Shown here: positions 24,180 to 33,839 of the stretch, piece by piece
Numbering within the stretch: the stretch's first letter is position 1
Layout of the letters: each line of letters opens with the position of its first letter
From: Takakia lepidozioides
Lineage: Eukaryota > Plantae > Bryophyta
Length of the DNA: 64,000 bases
Direction: 5' to 3'
NCBI GenBank assembly: GCA_030704615.1
Contig: CM060732.1
Coordinates: forward strand, 9,486,001-9,550,000
Translations under genes and position numbers: made by a program
Notes under the pieces: generated by a model
Database searches by the model: none
Told to the model about the DNA's origin: nothing
What the model saw: the letters and a program-made list of their open reading frames with translations, nothing else

Positions 24180-25545
24180 GGGCTTACAAGAATTGCTTTG
24201 CCTTCAGTTTGAAGGACTTGAGAGCACTGAAGGGTCAAGAGATCCGTATTGAGTTGGCCACTGACACGCCAATCTTTCGGAGACCCTATAGATACAGTGA
24301 CATGGAGAGGTCTTTGATTCAGATGAGGACTCAAGATCTCTGGGAGGCAGGTTTGGTGGAGCTCTCTGGGGGAGAGTATGCTTCAGCCACAGTGATGCCA
24401 GCCAAGAAGGATGTCTATGGCAATTAGACGGAGAGACGTATGTGCGGTGATTACCGGCCTGTAAATCGTCAGACCAAGTCCGATAAGTATGCCATGCCAA
24501 CACCAGATGAGATCTTTGATGCCATCGGGCATGCTAAGGCCTTTAGCACTTTGGATTTACGATCCGGATATCACCAGTTGCCAATCAAGGAGGCGGACAA
24601 GCAAAAGATGGCATTCTGGGGGATCAATGAGCACGGCAAGGATTGCCTATATCAGTGGCGGTTCTTACCATTTGGGCTTAAGAATGCTCCTGCAGAGTTT
24701 CAGAGAGTCATGGATAGGATTCTAGCAGGGGTGGACTTTGCTCGGTGCTACATAGATGACATTATCATCTTTAGTGTTACGATGGAGGAGCATGAGAGAC
24801 ACCTTCAGGTGGTATTGGAGCGCTTGAGAGCGCACGGATTGAAGTTGCATCCGGGAAGTGCAAGTTTTTCCACAACCAGATTGAGTATCTGGGTCACATG
24901 ATATATCCTGGAGGATTGGGGGTACAGCAGACTAAGGTAGAGGCCATTGCCCAAATTCCACGCCCCACGGATGTGAGCCGAGTTCGAGCTTTCATGGGGT
25001 TGGCAAACTATTATAGACGGTTTGTCAAGGGATTTAGCACCATTGCAAAGGCTCTAACCAAGCTGACCAAGGTGGACCAGGAGTGGCAGTGGGAAGATGA
25101 GCAGGAACGAGCTTTTCAAGAGCTCAAGGCGAGGTTGACCTCGGCGCCTATCTTGAGACGACCTATCAGGGGGCGTCCCTTTCAGCTGCATACGGATTGG
25201 AGCATGCTGGGGCTTGGAGCGGTGCTCACACAGGTGGATGATGAGGGAAGAGAGTTCGTAGTGGCTTATGCTAGCCGCTTGAACAACGCTGCAGAATCTA
25301 AGTATAGCTCATATGAGGGGGAGTGCTTAGCTGCAGTGTGGGCCGTGGCACACTTCAGGTGCTATCTATACGACAATCTTTTCAGCCTTGTCATGGATCA
25401 CCAGCCACGCAAGTGGTTGATGGAGTCAGACAAGCTTACGGGGAAGCTTGCACGGTGGGCACTTATACTCCAGGAGTATGACTTTCAGGTTGTGCATCGA
25501 CCGGGTTTGGTCAATCGGGATGCGGATGGATCGAGTCGCAATCCA
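24180..25545 (+). pseudogene. pol: Reverse transcriptase and RNase H of element A
   Basis: RMCGDYRPVN, LDLRSGYHQ, PFGLKNAPAEFQR, YIDD; RNase H LHTDWS..GLGAVL, EGECLAAVWAV, RDADG; stop at 24425 and frameshift near 24855. Confidence 0.97.
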
Positions 25546-25929
25546 TGCATGAGCCAGCAGGATGACACTGGAGCTCGGTGGCATGGTGAGACGGACGAGG
25601 AGATGGTGCCGGGATGGCACGCATCTGCATTTTTGTGTATCTTGGCATCGGGAGGTCAGATTGGACCTACAACAGGGATGACTGTAGACGGAGTGTCTGA
25701 GGACCCTAAGGCTAGTGATGAGCTAGGTGGTGCCAGAGATATACATGAGGATTCGGCTGTGTTGGACTACCTCCACATGGGAGACACGGCAGCCATTGTG
25801 ACTGCCAGGGAGAGGGGTCGGATCCTGCAACGAGCCAAGAGGTTCAAGTGGGATGGGATACACCTACTTCAAGTGTGGGAGGATGGTCGGGTGAGGATTG
25901 TGCCTCACCCCACACAGCGTGCACGGTTA

Positions 25930-27182
25930 GTGCGGCATGCCCATGAGGAGTTGGGGCATTTTGGAGTGCGACGCACTCACAGTTTACTGCAGGGGCAGTA
26001 TTGGTGGCGTGGTATGCATACAGAGGTGCAACAGTTCGTGGCTAGGTGCATGGTGTGTGACAGGGTGCGTGCTTCATTCAACGCCCCTACACCACAGTTG
26101 CATCCTTTGCCAATCATGGGATTGGGCTACAGGTGGAGTCTTGACTTCGCAGGACCGTTGCCACTGACTATGCGCCACCACAGATATGTGTTGGTGATGG
26201 TGGAGCACTTCTCCAAGTGGATTGAGTTGGTTCCATTGCCTGACAAGGCTAGTGAGGGGGCTGCGTATGCATTCTTGGATCGTGTGCTTAGCCGATTTGG
26301 TGCTCCAGCTGAGGTACTCACGGACCAAGGGAGAGAGTTTTGGGGGAGTTTCAGGCTTTGTGTGATAAAGCCTTGATAGACCACCGCACCACTTCTCGGG
26401 ATCATCCTGAGGCCGATGGCTTAGCAGAGAGAGTTGTTCAAACGGTGAAGAGGGGTTTGCGCAAGTATGGCTTGCAGAAGGGACACCTAGGAGATTGGGA
26501 TCTTCAGGTTCCTTGGTTAGCCATGGGCTACAGGTTCAGCAAACAAGCATCACTTGCCTCCTTCTCACCATATTTCCTTCTCTTTGGCCGAGAGCCGGAT
26601 TTGCCTGCAGCCATTCGTAGGGACACTACTCAAGTCTTTAACCTTGACGATCCGGACGTGTGGGTACGTGCATGTGATCAGCATGCAGAGTTGTTCAAGA
26701 AAGTCATGCCCATGGCTTTTGAGAACCTTGCCATTGCACAGCACCGTGATACGTTGAGGTATGCCACTATACGTGGTGGAGGATATCGTCCTGGGGTTCG
26801 GAGGTTTAGCCCTGGTGACTATGTTTATTTGCAGCAGACTGCTCCTACGACTCTAGATGTTACTGCAGGGCGTGTTATTCTGAGGGTTCGAGAGGTGTTG
26901 CCCTCAGGGGTCCTGATCTTGGAGGGTCGGGATGGCATGACTTGGAAGGACCATGTGCGTAATTGTGCGCCATGTCACCTTCCCAATGTCGATGGCAGAG
27001 TTGACCCAAACTTGGCAGTGGTACCTGCAGGTTTGAGGTGCATGCTCTGTGGGTCTGCCAAAGGGGCAGCCACCATGCTGGTGTGTGATCGATGCTCAAG
27101 GGGTTGGCATATGGGATGCTTGACACCACCTCTTGAGAAGGTTCCTGACGGAGATTGGTTGTGTCCACACTGCTTGGGATAG
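25930..27182 (+). pseudogene. DDE integrase with C-terminal PHD finger, element A
   Basis: HEELGH...CMVC zinc-binding domain; WSLDFAGP, LTDQGREF, AERVVQ; C4HC3 CMLC..CDRC..WHMGC..WLCPHC at about 27039-27173; frameshift near 26340. Confidence 0.95.
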
Positions 27183-27431
27183 TGGCAGTGGACATGACTG
27201 GAGGCAGCTAACAAGACATGGGAGGCCAAGCTCATATGAGTCAATACATGAGATCCCAAGCTCAAGTTCACAGGTTGCAAGACGGCGACTAATGATGGGG
27301 CAACTCTTGCACCCGGCCTCTTGATCTATCGAGTTTGAGTGTAGTAGGGATAGTGGTGGAGGACTTAGTGAGGCTATGGTCACTATCACATCTTGTGGCT
27401 ACCTGGACTTAGAGGGACCTAAGCACCAGCT

Positions 27432-27440
27432 AGGGGGGCG
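27432..27440 (+). promoter_or_regulatory. Polypurine tract of element A
   Basis: AGGGGGGCG followed by AT and then TG at 27443. Confidence 0.7.
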
Positions 27441-27442
27441 AT

Positions 27443-27949
27443 TGTGTGGACTAGTGACTGCCATAGTGGGCAGCATAGTGGCAGCCTAGTGACTGACTAG
27501 TTGTAGCCTAGTGGTTGGACTAGTGGCTGGACTAGTGGTGGACTAGTGGTATACTAGTGTATGGTGTGCACATGTGTTGTGTGGTTTTGGACAGCGATGT
27601 AGTTGTGTAGCGATATGTATGCGCACGACAGCTGTCAAGTTATTTTACCACTAGTGTGAAACTAGCTAGGAAATAGCTAGCTTTTACATATTGACATTTG
27701 GGATTGGCCCAAGTGTCAATCCAGGGGTCAAGGCAGATTTAGGCCCTGGAGTGGTTATCTTCACGGCAAGCGCGGGAGGCTCATCTTTCTCGAGTTGAGC
27801 CTCACCGCGCCTAGCTATGGCGCCGTAGTGTGGATTCCCCATGGCGTGGGGTGCACTTGGCTTGACTTGTATTTGAGTGATGAGGTTATATATGCACGAG
27901 TTTATGCTTCAGATTTGTGAGCTCGTGCTTGTATTCTTCTTCTTTATCA
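27443..27949 (+). repeat. Complete LTR of element A (B1 + GC + A2, 507 bp, TG...CA)
   Basis: Begins TG 2 nt after the PPT and ends TTTATCA; palindrome GACAGCTGTC at 27627-27636. Confidence 0.85.
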
Positions 27950-28138
27950 TTGTGTGGACTAGTGACTGCCATAGTGGGCAGCATAGTGGCAGCCTAGTGA
28001 CTGACTAGTTGTAGCCTAGTGGTTGGACTAGTGGCTGGACTAGTGGTGGACTAGTGGTATACTAGTGTGTGGTGTGCACATGTGTTGTGTGGTTTTGGAC
28101 AGCGATGTAGTTGTGTAGCGATATGTATGCGCACGACA
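27949..28138 (+). repeat. Repeat B2 (190 bp)
   Basis: Matches 27441-27630 with one visible mismatch; ends GCACGACA. Confidence 0.95.
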
Positions 28139-28348
28139 ATGCCGTGGCCCTTCCGGCGAGACATTTTTGCTTCTAGCGCACAGCGCTCCTGGACATGTAT
28201 TGCACAAATCTTTGGAATAAGATGCATCATGTTGTTGTTAATGGTGTAGGGTTTTGGTTGTGAATATTTGTGTATGAGAAATATACGATACGATGCTAGG
28301 GATATAGTGCAGTCGATGTCATTTTACTGCCCAAATGACAAGTCAAGA

Positions 28349-28889
28349 GCCGGAGCGCAGATCGATCCGGCTGAAATACTTCGCTCCTGCCAACCGATCG
28401 AAAAGGTCGTCGATCCTTGGCAAAGGGTACCGGTTTTTGATAGTCACCTTATTCAAAGCCCTGTAATCGACACACATCCGCAGCGTCCCATCCTTCTTGT
28501 CTGCGAATAGCACCGGGGCTCCGTAAGGTGACTTACTCGGCCGGATGTACCCCTTTGACATTAGATCTTTGAGCTGAGTCTTCAGCTCGACCAACTCTTT
28601 GTGGCTCAACCGGTAGGGCACCTTGGCAGGCGGTTCCGATCCCGGTATCACCTCAATCTTGTGGTCAACTCCTCTTCGCGGTGGCAAGCCGCTTGGTAAA
28701 TCCTCCGACATCACATCCTGGTATTTCTCCAAAATCCCCTTGATCCAATCTGGGCTCGGCTCCCCATCGCCTTCTCTCTTCACTTCTCTAATGTAAAGCA
28801 AAAACTGGGGCTCGTGTGCCTCCTCCACGGCCCACTCCCTTACTGACAGAAGGTTTATTCGCCCTCCCACGGGTTTGGGCGTTTCCGAC
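28349..28889 (-). pseudogene. pol: Inverted Gypsy pol (RT N-terminal) fragment of family B
   Basis: Homologous to 32471-33010: [27 protein letters not shown]...[11 protein letters not shown]. Confidence 0.92.
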
Positions 28890-29912
28890 TGAGGCATAGG
28901 TAGTTTTGCTTTAACAAGGATAGGTTGAAGTTAGGACAGATGTGTTGCTAGTATAATAGCTAACTTTCAAGAAATCGATGAACTGAGATTGATTGAATAG
29001 ATAAGTGCGGGCTTTGATTGTTATGGTTGTGTTAGGAGTGTGCTTAGGCCCTTCAGCTTTTAGCACTGTGTTTATTGCCCTTTAAACATCTGTTCTGTAC
29101 ATGCAGGTTGAGAGTGGGGAGGAGCTGCTGACACACAGTAGTACCCACAGTTGTGGAGTAGAGGCACAAACGGCCCTCAAACATTGTCAGAGGCCAAGAG
29201 ATAACGCGACAGAGAGACATGTGCAGGGCTATCCACAGCTTATGGAGTACCAGCATGGAAACATGTAAGAGACTCATTGTGGTTTATTCCTTGACACAAG
29301 ATCAAGGACAATGTGGTGAGCGCACCTTCTTCAACCTTTTGGCAGTCTGTTTTGCCCTCTCATCATTAGGGTTGGGGTATTTGCTGGAAGAACTTCACGC
29401 TGTCAGTATGAACTGAAGGACTGTCAGGCAGAGATAACTGAAAGACTAGGGATACAGGTCCAGATTCATCCAAGAGGACCGGGTTTTAGATGTAAGATTA
29501 CTTCTGATTCCCTGTGGATCAATAGCTACAAGAAATCTGCGTGGGTAGATGGTCAACTGGAAACATAAGCGGCAGCAGCACAATTGATAGAACAAGGCAC
29601 TGCTATTGAAGGCACCTTCAACACATTTCAGCCTGTTTTCCCATGTTATCAGAGTCGTACCTAAATTTTTGTGTTGAATTCTGCAAGTTAGCTGGTTGAG
29701 TGAACCTTTGATTGTTTGGAGTGATTGACATGATACGGCCAACATGTGACAACAGGGAAGTTTCCAGAAACAGGTAACAGAGACGCTCAGAGAAGTTGTG
29801 GAATGGATACTTTTCTGACCACAGTCATCAATGATGGGACAATTGAGGCAAAAAGGTGAATACCTGTGGGATTACAGAGAGTAGCAGATGCAATAGGCCA
29901 ATGACCTAGGAT

Positions 29913-30496
29913 CAAATGATGGGGGAAGGGGTGAAGCCCAACCACATCATGTTTGTGTGCATTTGCAATGCATGTGCAAGCCTGGAAGCCCTGGAAAAGG
30001 GCAAAGAGGTCCATAGTGACATTGTCAGAGCTAGATTGTAATTCTGAAGTACAATACCCTGGTGGATATGTATCCAAAATGTGGGTGCATCAAGGATGCA
30101 AAGGGAGTGTTCGATAGTATGGCTGAACAAGATATGGTGTCATGGAATGCCATGCTTGCAGGATATGCACAGCAGGGGCGCGAGATGGAGGCAAGACCTA
30201 TGAGCACATGATGGGGGAAGGGGTGAAGTGTAACCAGATCACGTTTGTGTGTTTGCAATGCTTGTGCAAGCCTGGGCAGCCCTGGAAAAGAGCAAAGAGA
30301 TGCATGGTGACATCATCAAATCTGGAATTGCACCTGTCATTCTGAACACTGCCCTGGTGGACATGTATGCCAAATGTGGGTGCATTGAGGATGCAAATGG
30401 AGTGTTCGACAGTATGGCTGAATGACATGTGGTATTGTGGAGTGATGATTGCAGGATATGCATAGCAAGGGCGCGGGATGGAGGCTTTGGAGACTT
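29913..30496 (+). pseudogene. Second block of PLS-class PPR fragments
   Basis: Same motifs as 15010-15945 (EGVKPNHIMFVCICNACASL, LVDMYAKCGCIEDA); frameshifted. Confidence 0.9.
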
Positions 30497-31054
30497 AGGG
30501 GCAAATGACAAGAAGTTGTGGAATGATTACTTTTCTGACCCCAGTCAATGGTGGGACGACTGAGGCAAAAAGGTGAATGCCTGTTACATTTCAGAGAGTA
30601 GCAGACGCAATATCAGCATAGGAACTAGTGTGATAAGCTGAGTTGGGTGTTTCCTAGACAAATATAGGCTGCTGCTAGCAACAATGCAAGGATGAATGCA
30701 TCATTTGTGCATAGGCATGGATACCTGAAGGAGCAGAGATAGAGTGTGGGTCCAGATTCATCCAAGGGGGTCAGATTTCAAGCACAAGATTACCTATGAT
30801 TCCCTGTGGATCAATAGCTACAAGAAACCTGCATGGGTAGAATCTGATGGTCTATTCCGTGGGACTCAATCTGTCACTGAAGTCTTGCATTATGAGGATC
30901 AGAAATGCTTGGCAGCTTACCTGCACGAGGCCTTGACCTTTAGGCAATCCCCTGAGCAATAGTTGCGTTTGGGCTGCTATTGTATGTAGCTGGTTGCTAG
31001 TCCAGCACTTCTAAGGAGTTTTGATATATACTTCTATGTATTTGGGAGTTGGGA

Positions 31055-31330
31055 TGATAGTTCAAGGTGGGAGATCATGTTCGGCTACTTGATGTCAACA
31101 GCAAACGCACCAAGGTTGGATGTGGACTTTTTGTTGGTCTGCAAAGGAGCATGGTGGGTGACGGGTACCCTGTGGTGCCACTCCATTATGCTGCTATATC
31201 CATCAAAGAGGCAAGCATAAGTAATTCTCCTCTGAGAGAGTTGGGGCAGGTGAAACACCACAATTTGGAGCCTGAAGCTCCCGAAACATGATGCAATGTA
31301 GTTGAAAATATGCCACCGTGGTGATATATA
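31055..31330 (+). pseudogene. Possible CACTA TnpA-like C-terminal remnant
   Basis: VGDHVRLLD...KVGCG...VPLHYAAISI resembles the TnpA-associated domain; it lies near the 3' end of the CACTA element. Weak evidence. Confidence 0.35.
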
Positions 31331-31987
31331 AATAGAACTCTTCAATTGTAGGAGTACTAGTGGACTGCTGCCCCTATGTGGGCTTGGGTTTTTGGAACTT
31401 GTAGCTTTTGAGGCTTGGTTATTTATCCATGTGGCCTTTCAGGCTTCTTGATTGTAGAGCCTTTGTCGCATCCATGGGAACATTTTTCCCATTGGATTTT
31501 TGCAGTATGAGTGACATTCCAGAGACAATCTATGTATTTGTGTGAAATTCTTTCATTCAATTAAATATATTGCTTTGTATATTTAAACACATCTGAATAT
31601 CAAAACGATAAATAAAATTTACATGAAATTAATAAATAAAATAGCATTAATGGTTTTATAAACTAATTGAATAAAGACACGTGTTAGATGACCTACCATA
31701 ACCAGAACGAAGCTATAGTGATGGAGTCATATTTGTAGTCATGAAATATGCCACATGCTACCCTCAGTGATGTAGTGAGTAGTGATATAGTCATAAATGT
31801 AGTCATATACATCCATGGGGTCACACGTGTCTGCAGTGATGCCCATCACTTCGCACTTATCACTCCGCAGTGATGGTAGAACTGACTTCGTGTTTGTCAC
31901 TGCATAGTGATGTAGTCATAATCGCACTTATCATTGCAAATGTAGTGATATTTGCAGTCATAAAAACGATAATCTGTACTAGTGCAC

Positions 31988-33068
31988 GGAGCTGTCCGAA
32001 GATTCCATCAGCCGCTTGGTGGAAGCGGTGGTTGCCAAGACTTGCAAGGTAGACAACTACTCTTGTGAGTTGTATCAGGAGACTGGCCCCTTGCGTAAAT
32101 GAAGTCAGTTACTCTTCGTGAGTGGGATAATTTCCGGAACTAACGTGTCGCTGTTGGTGGACACAAGAGCGCCGCACTCCTTCATGACACCGGCAACGAC
32201 ACGGAAGCTGGGGCTCCCGACAAGTGATGTGGGGGCCTCTATTGAAGTGCGTTCTGTCAAAGGAGAACCACAACTGGCGACAAGGTTGGCATTCGATGTT
32301 CCTCTTCAGTTGGGGAGTTGGGATGGACGTGAGAACTTCACCATTTGCGAGATCAATGGAGTGGATCTCATTTTGGGGATGACCTTTTTGAGCAAATCCG
32401 GAGCGGTCATAGATGGCCACAAGAGAGTAGTCACGCTACCGTGTGGGGATGGTGGCAAAGTTTTACGGGTGTCGGAAACGCCCAACCGAGTGGGAGGGCA
32501 AATAAACTTGCTGACAGCAAAGGAGTGGGCCGTGGAGGAGCCACACGAACCCCAGTTTTTGCTTTACGTAAAACAAGTGGAAAGAGAAGTCGATAGGGAG
32601 CCGAGCCCAGATTGGATCAATGGGATCCTGGAGAAATATCAGGATGTGATGCCGGAGGATTTACCAAGCGGCTTGCCACCGTGAAGAGGAGTTGACCACA
32701 AGATAGAAGTGATACCGGGATCGGAGCCGCCTGCCAAGGCGGCCTACCGGTTGAGCCACAGAGAGTTGGTCGAACTGAAGGCCCAGCTCAAGGATCTAAT
32801 GTCAAAGGGGTACATCCAGCCGAGTATGTCACCTTACGGAGCCCCGGTGCTATTCGCAGACAAGAAGGATGGGACGCTGCGGATGTGTGTCAATTACAGG
32901 GCTCTGAATAAGGTGACTATAAAAAACCGGTACCCTTTGCCAAGGATCGACGACCTCTTCGATCGGTTGGCAGGAGCAAAGTATTTCAGCCAGATCGATT
33001 TGCGCTCAGATTACCATCAAATCCGAGTGGCGGAAGGAGATGAGAAGAAAACCGCGTGCAAGACGAGA
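31988..33068 (+). pseudogene. pol: Protease and 5' RT of Gypsy B, truncated by deletion into the 3' LTR
   Basis: LLVDTRA (DTG variant), [34 protein letters not shown]; CGAGA microhomology at the deletion junction. Confidence 0.93.
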
Positions 33069-33072
33069 TAAG

Positions 33073-33352
33073 GGTGCAAGCCCGTTGGTGACAAAAAAAC
33101 TAGTGAGTAAGCGTGTGAGCCGGAAAGCGACCAAGGTGTGGGGAGCTGTTCCGGACTGCCAACAACCAAAGGGAATTTCCACTAGGCCCAAAGTGAGCGA
33201 TGGTCTTGTGGAGGAGCAAAGGGGGACCGTTATGTCCCAGTGAGCAGCCGAAGCTCCGAGTTGGCCCGGCGGCCAGTTTGAGAGTTAGGCGCGCGTATCA
33301 AAGCGAGTAACTATGACTTAAAGGGGAGCTTACCGAAGTGAGGTGCGCGACA
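33073..33352 (+). repeat. Truncated 3' LTR of Gypsy B
   Basis: Matches 12979-13257; ends GCGACA followed by the TSD. Confidence 0.92.
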
Positions 33353-33592
33353 CACAACATACGAATTGAGAACAATATGCTACCTTGAACCCTAAACCCT
33401 AAATTACACTAACATCACCTATACCAATGTCAATGAATATTTGATTTACCTATTCCTTGCATATTTCATGCATCATATATTTATTCTTCTCTATGTACTA
33501 ACATTTATAAATTGCAAAATTATTCCAGCAATATCAGAACCTTCAAAACCCAAAACCCTACCAAGTTATACAATGGAAATTAGATAATTTAC

Positions 33593-33825
33593 CTTTCGTG
33601 GGATCTTCTTTCCTTGAACATCATCTCGGTATCTAGATTGTTTGCACCGGGGACACGTGATAGCACGCTCATGGTCTCCATAGTACAAGGTCCGATCACA
33701 AGGACATGTTATGGATAATTTTGTAACCCATCCCCACTGAGTCAAGGACTTGTCTTGCCTCTTTTCTCAAGCGTGGCAGTTTTTGACTCTAAATGGGGGG
33801 CGAGGATGTAGTCTCCAATAGTGCA
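33593..33825 (-). pseudogene. Upstream exon of the same CACTA transposase (intron 33592 to 12438 contains Gypsy B)
   Basis: LPRLRKEARQVLDSVGMGYKIIH..CPCDRTLYYGDHERAITCPRCKQSRY...KKIPRK, then a GT donor at 33592. It splices in frame to the AG acceptor at 12438 (KMHYFPIIPRL). Confidence 0.85.
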
Positions 33826-33839
33826 GCATGATTGCAGAC

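Larger units (their letters stand above)
16514..28138 (+). mobile_element. Gypsy-type retrotransposon A: gag-PR-DNMT-RT-RH-IN-PHD with split terminal repeats (A-internal-B-A-B)
   Basis: Termini TGTC...GACA; ATGC at 16510-16513 and 28139-28142; repeat A at 16514-16830 and 27633-27949; repeat B at 27441-27630 and 27949-28138; Gypsy domain order. Confidence 0.93.
14413..31984. mobile_element. Non-autonomous Pack-type CACTA element carrying PPR gene fragments
   Basis: 28-bp TIRs CACTAGTACA(A/G)ATTA(A/T)CGTTTTTATGAC with 2 mismatches; 3-bp TSD CAC at 14410-14412 and 31985-31987; ATGACTAC/GTAGTCAT-type subterminal repeats; Gypsy B frame resumes after removal. Confidence 0.95.
12532..33352 (+). mobile_element. 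Ty3/Gypsy LTR retrotransposon B (chromovirus-like gag-pol), internally deleted, with nested insertions
   Basis: TSD CACAA at 12527-12531 and 33353-33357; termini TGTCGC...GCGACA; Met-type PBS; gag, protease and partial RT. Confidence 0.93.

Noticed and set aside
16514-28138. DIRS/PAT/Ngaro tyrosine-recombinase element, suggested by the split direct repeats
   Set aside because: It encodes an aspartic protease and a DDE integrase and has a PPT and TSD; no tyrosine recombinase ORF was recognised.
33385-33402. Telomeric repeat (AACCCTAAACCCTAAA)
   Set aside because: Only about two units, inside an intron; such short telo-box-like motifs are common in plant DNA.
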